DNA of 64,000 nt from a virus, in IMG/VR virus record IMGVR_UViG_3300030441_000198; one strand, 5' to 3'. Below the pieces are notes generated by a model. The model made no database searches. It saw only the letters and a program-made list of their open reading frames with translations, and was not told the origin of the DNA. Numbering within the stretch: position 1 is the stretch's first letter; each line of letters begins with the position of its first letter. Positions 55,535 through 64,000 of this stretch are shown here, piece after piece. Both the position numbers and the translations under genes were made by a program.

Positions 55535-57349
55535 ATGAGTGATGAAGAGAAGCGCTGGCCATTCGATGGTTTCTACCTGAAGCTGGCTGAGGCACAACGG
55601 GAGTATGAGCAGGAGCAGCACATTGACCCTGCCTCGTTGACGGAAGAAGAACGACAGCAAAAACTGCAGGAGATTCTGGATTGGATTACTGCCTCTCGCA
55701 AAAAGAAAAAGGAGGCTGACGAACCGCTTGATCCCATTGTGCCGGAGGCAGAACCGGAAACCGCCGGGGCAACTCCACAGCCTGCAAAACAGTACATCAC
55801 AGATCTTGTTGGTGAGGATTACAAGAACTGGCATGGGATCGTGGTGTTTGATGCGGGCACGAACTCCGGCAAGACCTATTTTATTCTGAAGACATTGCTG
55901 CCGTGGGCATATGAACATCGTAAGCGTATCCTGATCCTGTGCAATCGCGAAGCTCTGCGCAACCAGATTGAGCGCGATGTGAACCGTTTGGGGCGTATAG
56001 AAGTGACCTACGAGGACCGTGATCCCGCGCTTGGAGGAATTGTTGACAAAACCGCCATAGATAACAAGTATGAGCACACCATCCGTGTTGAAACATACCA
56101 GTGGCTGGAAACCTTCCTGCAAAGGAATGAAGATGCCGCCAAAACTTATCTGAGATCGTTTGATTATATCGTGTCAGACGAGTATCACTACATGGTAACA
56201 GATGCCAGCTTCAACGATCATGTGGATGCAAGCTATGAGGCTATTAAAGAGCTGTGGACAACGAAGACCTGCATCTTTATGAGCGCAACCGCCCGCCCCT
56301 TCTTTGATTATTGGGAGCTACGGAAAATGATCCCGGAGGGACAGCACTATCGTCTGCCGATGGATTATCGGTTTGTGTCAAGCGTGAAGTTCTTCTACCG
56401 TGACGATGACGAGTTGGATATCATCCGCCGGGTACAGCCGGGAGAAAAGATCCTCGTTTTTGTGAATACCATCGCCAAGCTGCGAAAACTGCGGGACACT
56501 CTGAAAGCAGATGGCATAGTGGATGTGGCGTGCCTGTGCTCCAAATACCGTCAGGAAGCGGAGGAATTTGACAAACTGGATGATGTGCTCGTGGGCAATG
56601 TTCTGCAGCATCAGGTCACACTGACCACAACGACCCTCTATAATGGTGTGGATATGAAAGACCGTGCGCTGAAATATATTGTCAGTGAACTGTGGAACCC
56701 GCTCGTTAATGCGCAGATCCTTGGCCGCAAACGTCCCTTGGATGAGGGGGATACCTGCGCGGTATATTTGCTGCATTACCCCAAAGAACGTCTGGAAGGG
56801 GAAGTTAAAAAAATCGAAAAGTATCAGTTGGGACCGGTCGAGGCATATCGAAAATGGTTTGATGATAGGAAGGCATGGAAAGCATATCTGCATCAGCCTG
56901 AAACAGTGGAAATACTGAAAAAAAGCCATACAGTCGTTCTGGACCCACGGGAAGGTGAATACTGCTGGCGGAAACGTGCGAACTTACAGGCTCTTGTAGA
57001 ACGTGTTTTCCTGCTGCAAATGCTCGAACAGGGGTATCAGACAGAGCTGCTGAAAAAGATCGATGAAAGCCTGCTTGCGAAAGTTGAACGCCTTGAACCA
57101 CCACCGCTGCTTGCATATCTGGATGCCCACCTGAATGAGGAACGCTACTATGAAGACTGGCAGAAGATCTTCTTTGAGCTGGGGCACATCTACAACAAGG
57201 CAGATGGACACGCTGAAAAATCGTTGCCAAGCTATACCTGTGCACGTCAATGGCTACAGCACTATGGATATGATCTTGGAAGTAAGCAGAAGCGATTTGA
57301 AGCAGGACAAAAGAAAATGGTCTGGTGGGTGACAAAATTAGAAAATTGA
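55535..57349 (+). CDS. SF2 DEAD/DEAH-box helicase-family protein
   Basis: Walker A DAGTNSGKTY, DExH box VSDEYHY, motif III MSATA. Confidence 0.5.
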   Translation: MSDEEKRWPFDGFYLKLAEAQREYEQEQHIDPASLTEEERQQKLQEILDWITASRKKKKEADEPLDPIVPEAEPETAGATPQPAKQYITDLVGEDYKNWHGIVVFDAGTNSGKTYFILKTLLPWAYEHRKRILILCNREALRNQIERDVNRLGRIEVTYEDRDPALGGIVDKTAIDNKYEHTIRVETYQWLETFLQRNEDAAKTYLRSFDYIVSDEYHYMVTDASFNDHVDASYEAIKELWTTKTCIFMSATARPFFDYWELRKMIPEGQHYRLPMDYRFVSSVKFFYRDDDELDIIRRVQPGEKILVFVNTIAKLRKLRDTLKADGIVDVACLCSKYRQEAEEFDKLDDVLVGNVLQHQVTLTTTTLYNGVDMKDRALKYIVSELWNPLVNAQILGRKRPLDEGDTCAVYLLHYPKERLEGEVKKIEKYQLGPVEAYRKWFDDRKAWKAYLHQPETVEILKKSHTVVLDPREGEYCWRKRANLQALVERVFLLQMLEQGYQTELLKKIDESLLAKVERLEPPPLLAYLDAHLNEERYYEDWQKIFFELGHIYNKADGHAEKSLPSYTCARQWLQHYGYDLGSKQKRFEAGQKKMVWWVTKLEN

Positions 57350-58183
57350 TGTCTACGAAATTCACTCTACTATATAGAATAGTGAAAAATATAGGCACTG
57401 ATATCGCTCTTTATTCGACTTCTTTATTTGATTTTTTGCGTGGTTGTGTTAGCCGAGTGCTTCTTGAACGGCCGAAGCATGAGGACGGGACAGAAACGCT
57501 CGGTTAACATGATCACGCCAACGGAAATCTTGACTAAGCGAACCTGTGAGCTTTTTCAAGATTGGAGTTGATCTAAATGGTATGAGCGCCAGCGAATACC
57601 TTCCTCTTTATCAATCCTTCACCAATAGGACGTATATCAGAAATGGGCGACGATTTGATCAGAGTGAAATATCTCAAATAGTTGAGAAAAACATCTGTTG
57701 CGGTGTGATTCTGTCTGACTTTGATACCATTAAAAAGTATACCTCGAACGGAATATATCGTGTTACCGTATAATATAAGGCCGCTTACACTGTGGACACC
57801 GTTTTCGTGGCGGAATTTTGGGCTGCCAAAAGGGAGTCGCATTCCACGACCACCCCGCAACATGGCTCAATTTGAGCTAGGTTCAGAAGTTCAGTGGTCA
57901 AAACGACTGACGAGAACCATATTCTATCGATGATACGATCAATGAACGTTATCCAAATCGGTAAAAGTTCAACAGTCCTCAAAATGAGGAAAGTTCAATA
58001 GCGCTCAAATAAAGGTGGTAGATGGTCGCAGTAGCCCTCGATTTGAGGGGTGCACAAAACTCCGCATAGTACATGACGGCTTTCTATGATGCCACGCAAG
58101 TTATGATGGACAATTTTACGGTATTTCGCTTTTTTGCGATTAACTGTTACCAACTTGGTAACGGTTGAAATTGAATCAAGACG

Positions 58184-58215
58184 CAAAAACACCCCACTGC
58201 TCGATATAGAGTAGC
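58184..58215. terminator. candidate bidirectional hairpin terminator
   Basis: CACCCCACTGCTC ... GAGTAGCGGGGTG flanked by A-run and T-run. Confidence 0.35.
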
Positions 58216-58439
58216 GGGGTGTTGCTATTGAAGGACACTTATTTCAGAATAGAGAGATCGTCATAGCGGGCGACACCATTATAGAGCAGCTCGAGCATGG
58301 TCACGGCAGAGGGGCGACCATTTAGAGGATAGCCAGCCAGCTCCTGAACGCGCTCAGGGCAGAGATCCCATGCGACCTTGGATGCCCGGCGACGTGAATT
58401 GGTAGGGAATAGGAGCACGGCAGCAGGGTGCTTGACTAT

Positions 58440-59100
58440 CATATATACAGTCTAAAAAGGCTTTGGCTTTGGGATGGTGACTGTAGCGAGGGATTTCCAT
58501 GACACCATCGTTTGAATCCAAGAGGGGGGGTTCAATTTGAAGTCCCCTTGAGAGCGGGTCAAGACGGTCTTTCTTATTTGTGACCTCAAACAGATATACA
58601 CAAAACTGTGCACAATTTCTATATCAGTTTCAAAGGCCGAAAATCCGCCGGGGATGTGTGCTGTAGCGGCAGATCTCCATGACACCCCTCAAGGTGTACA
58701 CCACAAATTCTCGTGTATTCGTCCTGCTTTTTTCACCGACCCTCATTTTGAGGGTTGATGAAAGCGGATCAAGACGGTCTTTATTCCGCCGATAGAATCG
58801 CCATACACGACCATATACCAAACAGTACGCACCTGTCACGACATAAGTTTAGATGAGGTCGCTTAGACTGACTCCATTAAGAAAGGTGTGTCCAATTTTG
58901 GACAAACGCAGACGGTGCTCAAACATGTTATCCGTGACCACAAGTGGATACGCTCAAAAATGAGCTGTCCTCTATGTTCTATAAAACCAATAACTTTTGA
59001 CCAAAAGTGGTCGAATGAAACTGTTCCCCCACAATTTCGGGGATTCCCATAATCGAACCGCAAATCCGCCGGGATGTGTGCTGTCTGATATTAAACGCGG
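58440..59100. repeat. degenerate direct repeats (2.5 copies of a roughly 150-200-bp unit), non-coding
   Basis: Recurring blocks AAATCCGCCGGG(G)ATGTGTGCTGT, GTGCTGTAGCG...CCATGACACC and GGTCAAGACGGTCTTT at about 58471-58585, 58640-58795 and 59060-59093. Confidence 0.45.
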
Positions 59101-59207
59101 CTTTTTGAGTTCACTTTCTGACTGAATACTGTATAAAATAGAAGGAGCCCTGCTACTCGTGCTGAGCGGCAGAGCTCTGTTGCTGTTATAGGAAATGATG
59201 GTTGGTG

Positions 59208-59393
59208 TTAGCGTTCAATGATCTCAGTGGTAACTTTCGTTTGACCCTTGCCAAAAAGTCCGGCATAGCCAAAATCAGCCAAATCCTTTAGTTTCTGTGC
59301 TTTTTCTCGCGTCTCACGATAATCCTCACGAAGCAGAGTGTCTCCGTTTTCATCATGGAATACCGTTTTGACAACGAATTTATTTTCAGCCAT
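59208..59393 (-). CDS. hypothetical small protein
   Basis: 61 aa; RBS AGGAGGAG upstream on the minus strand. Confidence 0.45.
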   Translation of the reverse strand: MAENKFVVKTVFHDENGDTLLREDYRETREKAQKLKDLADFGYAGLFGKGQTKVTTEIIER

Positions 59394-59450
59394 AAGCTCC
59401 TCCTGATGGCGCGTGATATGATTTCAACTGATCGATGAACTAAACTCTCG

Positions 59451-59870
59451 TTAGAACCATCTGCGCCGCCTTCTGCCATGAACAGCATCATCAAGCATTT
59501 TGTTCATCAGCTTCTCATAGTTTACGCCGCAGACCTCGTCCAGAATAGCATCATCATACGGGATACCCTTGGCGTTCAGATGATCACGGAACCAAAACTT
59601 AGTCTGATAGTAGGGCCCCATACGGTCGGAATAAGCGCTTGGCCACTTTCCAAGACAGTTCGGATGACAGTCAGGGATACTCTGCCACTCTTTGCGCACC
59701 CGCTCGTGCATCTGGCGAAGATCAGCATTTGACCGATCGGCGGCTCGTGCGGTATAGATCTGATCAAGCGCAGCCTGCTTCTTTGACTGACTGATGTTCT
59801 GCCCGGCGTTTACCGCTCCAGCTGCACCCAGACCAAACAACCCAAGGAAAAACGAAATAGCTCCACTCAT
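59451..59870 (-). CDS. secreted/membrane-anchored hypothetical protein
   Basis: ATG after AAGGAGGA; N-terminal signal-like MSGAISFFLGLFGLGAAGAVNA. Confidence 0.45.
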   Translation of the reverse strand: MSGAISFFLGLFGLGAAGAVNAGQNISQSKKQAALDQIYTARAADRSNADLRQMHERVRKEWQSIPDCHPNCLGKWPSAYSDRMGPYYQTKFWFRDHLNAKGIPYDDAILDEVCGVNYEKLMNKMLDDAVHGRRRRRWF

Positions 59871-59883
59871 GATATTATCCTCC

Positions 59884-60048
59884 TTAATTTGCAAAGACAG
59901 AAACGATTGAGAGGAGAACATACAGAATAGTAAGTCCACCAAAGAGCAGCATACACCACCCGCAGCCAAGTGGCCGACCGTGCTCCCGGTCACTCTGAAT
60001 GGAACTGTACATGGCGTAATCAATAAAAGGATCGTGTTTGCGTGACAT
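59884..60048 (-). CDS. small membrane peptide (54 aa)
   Basis: RBS AGGAGGAAAA then ATG; hydrophobic C-terminal half; not in the ORF table (below cutoff). Confidence 0.35.
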   Translation of the reverse strand: MSRKHDPFIDYAMYSSIQSDREHGRPLGCGWCMLLFGGLTILYVLLSIVSVFAN

Positions 60049-60273
60049 GGTGTTTTCCTCCTGTAAGGTGTGATATATTGTGTGTTTTGCAGTTTTATTG
60101 CCTTGCTGCTTTGTTGTACCTGAAGTCTACCAAACGATGCATCCGATAAGATGGACTTACAAGTGTGCTGTTAAAAATATGGAGCATTGTGGCTGCCGTC
60201 GCGCGGACTGATGGCTGACCGCACTATCGCAGGCAAAAAGTCTCCGGTAAGGCATCCGGTGGCGGGGCACCTC

Positions 60274-60474
60274 TCACTCGGTCAACCCTAACAGATAATC
60301 GGTCGACACCTGATAGAATTGGGCGAGCTGGATCAGATGGGGGATCTCGGGGCATTTATCGTGCTCCCATGCGTAGACCGCCCGGCGGGTCACTCCCATG
60401 GTTCGGGCAAGCTCGGTCTGGCTATAGCCGTGCGTCAGGCGCAGGTGCTGCAAACGTTCTGATATAATGGTCAT
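60274..60474 (-). CDS. XRE-family helix-turn-helix transcriptional regulator
   Basis: LRLTHGYSQTELARTMGVTRRAVYAWE classic HTH_3 signature. Confidence 0.6.
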   Translation of the reverse strand: MTIISERLQHLRLTHGYSQTELARTMGVTRRAVYAWEHDKCPEIPHLIQLAQFYQVSTDYLLGLTE

Positions 60475-60543
60475 AGCTGCTCTCCTTTAAATAATGGGCG
60501 TCCTCTCACAGCCCGGCGGATCTCTGTCTTTACGGGTGCATTT

Positions 60544-60828
60544 TTAAACAACGTCAAGGGTAATGGTGCCGCTCTCTTTGGTGATGATCTCATACTCGGT
60601 GGTCTGGATATCCCGCAATACCAGCTTTTCGATGCTCAGGATGCTGGCAAGGGGGATGGAAAGCATGGTGTGCCCGGCCATGAAATGCAGCTCTGACTTG
60701 TTCCGGTGCGTGTGCAGTTGGATGTCTTGGAACGCAATGTCTGCCCCGGTAAAGACGGCGCAACCACTGGCTTTGCACTCGGACGTCTCGGCAAGAAAGG
60801 TGTCAATAGCGATTTTATAAGTATCCAT
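60544..60828 (-). CDS. hypothetical protein
   Basis: 94-aa ORF co-directional with the regulator. Confidence 0.35.
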   Translation of the reverse strand: MDTYKIAIDTFLAETSECKASGCAVFTGADIAFQDIQLHTHRNKSELHFMAGHTMLSIPLASILSIEKLVLRDIQTTEYEIITKESGTITLDVV

Positions 60829-60896
60829 GAGAAGCTTCCTATTTTTATATATAGCACTACTCTCACTCGTGCCCTCGCTCTCTGTCCTGCCATGGT

Positions 60897-61208
60897 TTAG
60901 TCAGTCTTCACGAACAGCTCCATGCAGTCTGCACAGATAACCCTCACTTCCTTGGTGCTCCGGATGATAGTACCGCACTTGGGACATACCCACCGCCGGG
61001 TGCTGCTCTTTGCTTTGGGAGGCTTGGGAGCTCCGGTCTGACTGCTGCCGGGTGCCTTGCTGCCCGCTCCGGTGCCTGCCATATCCGACCATGCCAGACG
61101 CTCACCCATCTGGATATCCTGCCAGCCTTGGAAGATGATGAAGTCCAGCAGCTCCTCGGACGGGCTCGTGATGGTCCAGCCGTACTTTTCGTGGTGGTCG
61201 ACAGTCAA
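60897..61208 (-). CDS. hypothetical protein with C-terminal zinc ribbon (possibly the C-terminal part of the SprT-like protein)
   Basis: CPKCGT...CADC; start overlaps the upstream stop (ATGA). Confidence 0.35.
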   Translation of the reverse strand: MTVDHHEKYGWTITSPSEELLDFIIFQGWQDIQMGERLAWSDMAGTGAGSKAPGSSQTGAPKPPKAKSSTRRWVCPKCGTIIRSTKEVRVICADCMELFVKTD

Positions 61209-61561
61209 GCCGTGTGCTTTTCGGCCTGCTCCTTAAAACGCCGGTTGTGGTAGACCCCGTTGTTGCTGGTGTCCTTGATGCCGGTCTCCATGCAGTACTC
61301 ATGCACCATCTCATGCAGCAGGGTGGATGCGGTCTCCTCGATGGGGCGGTCAAGGGTAGCCGACGAAATATTGATCTCGTACTTGTTCTCGCCGCCTGCC
61401 TGCCAAACTTTGGAACAGGTGATATGACCATAGGCGGACGGGGTCTTTTTCAGGCTGATGATGGGCTCGGGCAGCTTGCCTGCAAAGTAGTGCTTGTTGA
61501 GCTCGCGGAACATCTTTTCCAGCTGACCGGCAGCGCGGGAGGTTTTGACAGTCTGTTTCAT
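61205..61561 (-). CDS. SprT-like zinc metallopeptidase domain protein
   Basis: HEMVHEY (HExxH) inside an SprT-like fold (LEKMFRELNKHYFAGKLPEP...GHITCS...INISSATL...LLHEMVHEY). Confidence 0.5.
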   Translation of the reverse strand: MKQTVKTSRAAGQLEKMFRELNKHYFAGKLPEPIISLKKTPSAYGHITCSKVWQAGGENKYEINISSATLDRPIEETASTLLHEMVHEYCMETGIKDTSNNGVYHNRRFKEQAEKHTA

Positions 61562-61700
61562 GATTTTTCGAACCTTTCTCTTGATAAAAAAGGCCGGGAC
61601 AGGTATAATATTGGTGTAGCCCGCCCCGGCGGGTGTGTTGGGCTCTGTACAACGTCAGCTTTGGACGGGCGGCGCTGTATGGGGCTTTTTTTGGGTGATG

Positions 61701-61976
61701 TCAGGTGATGCTCAGTCGAGTGCCGGTGACCGTTTTGCTGTACTGGTCGTACAGGTCGGGAGCTACGGCCTTGATGGCTTTGCTGTCCAGTCGGGTGCTG
61801 GAGAAATCAGACAGGCGGACTTTGTGGCAACCTACTTCCAGATAGTTGGTGGAGCGCTCAGCCAGTGCCTCGCGGATCTGGATCTTCAGCTGCTCCTGTT
61901 CAGCCTGTGCAGTCTCGATCAGTTGGGCGGCCTCCTTGTACTGCTCGACAAGGGTCAGTAAAACGTTGATACTCAT
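61701..61976 (-). CDS. hypothetical protein
   Basis: ATG at 61976 after AAGAGAGG; 91 aa. Confidence 0.4.
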   Translation of the reverse strand: MSINVLLTLVEQYKEAAQLIETAQAEQEQLKIQIREALAERSTNYLEVGCHKVRLSDFSSTRLDSKAIKAVAPDLYDQYSKTVTGTRLSIT

Positions 61977-62048
61977 GTGCGTACCTCTCTTCAAATCGTT
62001 GGTGAATGGTCGGATGTGAGAACCGGTGTTCCCGATGACATGAGTATA

Positions 62049-62136
62049 TCAGTTAACTGACAACATGTCTATTCGCAAAGTAACCAACGTTAACCGACAT
62101 ATATCACGAAAAATGTGCATAATGTCAGTTAACCGA
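62049..62136. promoter_or_regulatory. divergent promoter region with three GTTAAC-centred palindromic operator candidates
   Basis: TCAGTTAACTGA (62049-62060, perfect 12-bp palindrome), CAACGTTAACCGACA (62085-62099), TCAGTTAACCGA (62125-62136); TATAAT at 62143-62148 before ATG 62159. Confidence 0.45.
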
Positions 62137-62158
62137 TTATACTATAATAGGTGTATAT

Positions 62159-62569
62159 ATGGCGACAAAAGAAGCACATAATCGAGCGAGCGTAGAATAT
62201 AACAAACGACAGGATAATATCATGATTCGACCCTCCAAGGAGATGGGCGCAATAATCCGCCAGTCTGCTGCAGCCGAAAACATGAGTGTGCAGGGGTATG
62301 TTTTGCAGACCCTCTACGCAAGAACCGGCGCAACAGGGGGCGGGGTGGTTAAAAATTCAGAGACGGGCTCCCTTTCCTTAGAACAGCGGAGTTGTCTTAT
62401 CTCCCCAGACCGGGAAAAAATCTTGCGGGACATTCTGCGGGATATCGTGCTGAACACCGCTCCGGGCGAACGAAATGCGCTTTCGGAGATGCTGGTGCAG
62501 ATTATAAATGAGAGCATAGAGCAAAATGCGGACAGCGTTTATCAGACGATGACGGATTCGTTGCTGTAA
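62159..62569 (+). CDS. putative DNA-binding regulator (ribbon-helix-helix-like N-terminus)
   Basis: N-terminal KRQDNIMIRPSKEMGAIIRQSAAAENMSVQGYVLQTL resembles RHH/CopG-type proteins; divergent from the minus-strand module. Confidence 0.35.
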   Translation: MATKEAHNRASVEYNKRQDNIMIRPSKEMGAIIRQSAAAENMSVQGYVLQTLYARTGATGGGVVKNSETGSLSLEQRSCLISPDREKILRDILRDIVLNTAPGERNALSEMLVQIINESIEQNADSVYQTMTDSLL

Positions 62570-62574
62570 AATCG

Positions 62575-62616
62575 GCCCCTGTCTTTCACAGAAATGTGAT
62601 CGGCAGGGGCTTTTTT
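62575..62616 (+). terminator. rho-independent terminator
   Basis: GCCCCTG ... CAGGGGC + TTTTTT. Confidence 0.55.
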
Positions 62617-63658
62617 GCGCAAACAAATAGCCTGACTCAGAGCGTGTGGTAGCTGCAGTGACGGGATGCTGATTGTACCTATATATAAATAGGGGCAGCA
62701 GGGGAGAGGATAAAAATTATGTAGTACTGTGCGATATACCTCGTCAGAGCTCCTGACTGATGTGACGGCATGAACCGGCTTTTCCGCGCGAGGAGGCACT
62801 CTCTATTTAACGGTTGTCATTACATCGGGGTTGCTATCACACCTGACTGCACTCTCCAGCGCCTTGGACAACTATATGACCACACATTTTGTCCATCGAT
62901 GATTTCATCTGGAGCTTTCATGCGAAACTGGGCAATGTGCAAAAAAGTTCTGGCTAAATCGCATTTTTTTCTAAAACATGGATGGATACATTTCCTCGGA
63001 TTTCTATTGATTCCCAGATATAACCATGATAGAATAATAAGAGAATTCAGACGGCCACGTAGAAGAACTGATATCCTCTGTTTTGTGATGGAAGGATACG
63101 CCTTGATTGCGGTAAGGAGGTGAATCCAGTGGGCTTATGTCTGTTTGCGAACAATCATGTGATAGATCATGAGAAAACCCGAATGATAGATCAAAATAAA
63201 AAGCCCACTGATGTTTCCCTTGCTGGCATGATGCGCAAAGGTGAAAATGAAGTGGGCTTGTTGAGGTTCTACAAAAATGTTAAATATTGCATACTGGAAG
63301 CAATGCACATGCGGCGCTTGAGCTGTAGCATGATGTTCTGGCTTTCATTGCGGCCACATTGCATTTGAAATGACCTTGGGCGAAGCTGTCGCCCGAGGGC
63401 TTTTGCTTGCCCGGAGATCAGGAATAACGGTCTGCCGGTTTTAGGAAAAGAGGAACGGTTATCTAAAAGGAAGGTGCTTGCGGGAACGGTGTGAGTTAAA
63501 GGGATTACTTTATAGCAGTTTGTGTTTTTAATGCGCAAGCAGCATCCGCAAACTGCATATCGCAAATATGCCGTGTTGATAGGGCACTATTTCTGAAAAT
63601 TGCGATAAAACGAATGACGATAAGAAGTGCATAGACAAGGATTTATGTGAGGAGAAAA

Positions 63659-64000
63659 ATGGCTACGAATACTGTTGGAATCGATAAGGAAGTTGAAGTT
63701 GACCGCAAGGAAAATCTGCGCGACCATCGCCTATACTGGATCGGGCGTCGGACGCAGGATGTGATCCTGTCATCTTTGGCATTGGTGGTACTGTCGCCTG
63801 TCATGCTGGCTACGGCCATCGCAATTGTGGTGGATGATCCGTCTGCTGGCCCTGTTTTCAGTCAGGAACGTATCGGCCGCAACGGAAAGCCCTTCAAGTT
63901 CTATAAGTTTCGATCCATGTGCCCCAATGCAGAGGCAAAACTGGACGACCTGCTAGACCAGAACGAAATGGATGGTCCTGTGTTCAAGATCAAGGACGAC
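63659..64000 (+). CDS. polyprenyl-phosphate sugar phosphotransferase (bacterial sugar transferase family), 5' part
   Basis: TM helix then PFKFYKFRSM...MDGPVFKIKDD sugar-transferase signature; runs off the window end. Confidence 0.55.
   Translation, partial: MATNTVGIDKEVEVDRKENLRDHRLYWIGRRTQDVILSSLALVVLSPVMLATAIAIVVDDPSAGPVFSQERIGRNGKPFKFYKFRSMCPNAEAKLDDLLDQNEMDGPVFKIKDD

Noticed and set aside
58239-58442. 67-aa minus-strand ORF
   Set aside because: No RBS; it reads like the C-terminal fragment of a larger decayed gene; listed only as part of the mosaic region.
1-64000. CRISPR arrays, reverse transcriptases, transposase/IS elements
   Set aside because: No regularly spaced short direct repeats, no RT motifs (YxDD) and no transposase DDE signatures were seen; the only repeat families are those listed.

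Overview
This window reads as two mobile elements joined to a higher-GC host chromosome. Bases 1 to about 50380 (about 40% GC, all genes on the + strand) are the replication and nucleotide-metabolism arm of a large temperate phage, ending in an excisionase-like gene, a tyrosine integrase and an attachment region with arm-type repeats. Its genes include a DnaD-like organiser, a Lar-like anti-restriction protein, a cell-wall hydrolase, a MazF/PemK-family toxin, a Pnkp-like kinase-phosphatase-ligase directly upstream of a 9-member tRNA or tRNA-like array, a permuted and frameshifted C5-cytosine methyltransferase, an SSB-like protein, a Sak4-like recombinase, DnaB-like helicase, primase, RecJ-like exonuclease, DNA polymerase III alpha interrupted by a roughly 227-nt ORF-less group I intron, a RecD-like helicase, ATP-dependent ligase, ThyX, NrdD, NrdG, dUTPase and FolD. 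A 20-bp promoter-associated motif recurs seven times in the phage. Bases 50380 to 54400 are host genes guaB and pncB with twin operator palindromes, preceded by a possible small RNA bounded by a promoter and terminator. From 54293 a host tRNA-Leu(TAA) is followed immediately by a second tyrosine integrase, a helicase-like gene, a degenerate repeat region and a minus-strand regulatory module (XRE, SprT-like metalloprotease, RHH-like protein, GTTAAC operators). The window ends in the start of a host sugar-transferase gene. The most interesting candidate system is the MazF toxin + Pnkp-like RNA-healing enzyme + tRNA array (5941-11028). All calls come from reading the sequence and translated motifs; no searches or structure predictions were run.
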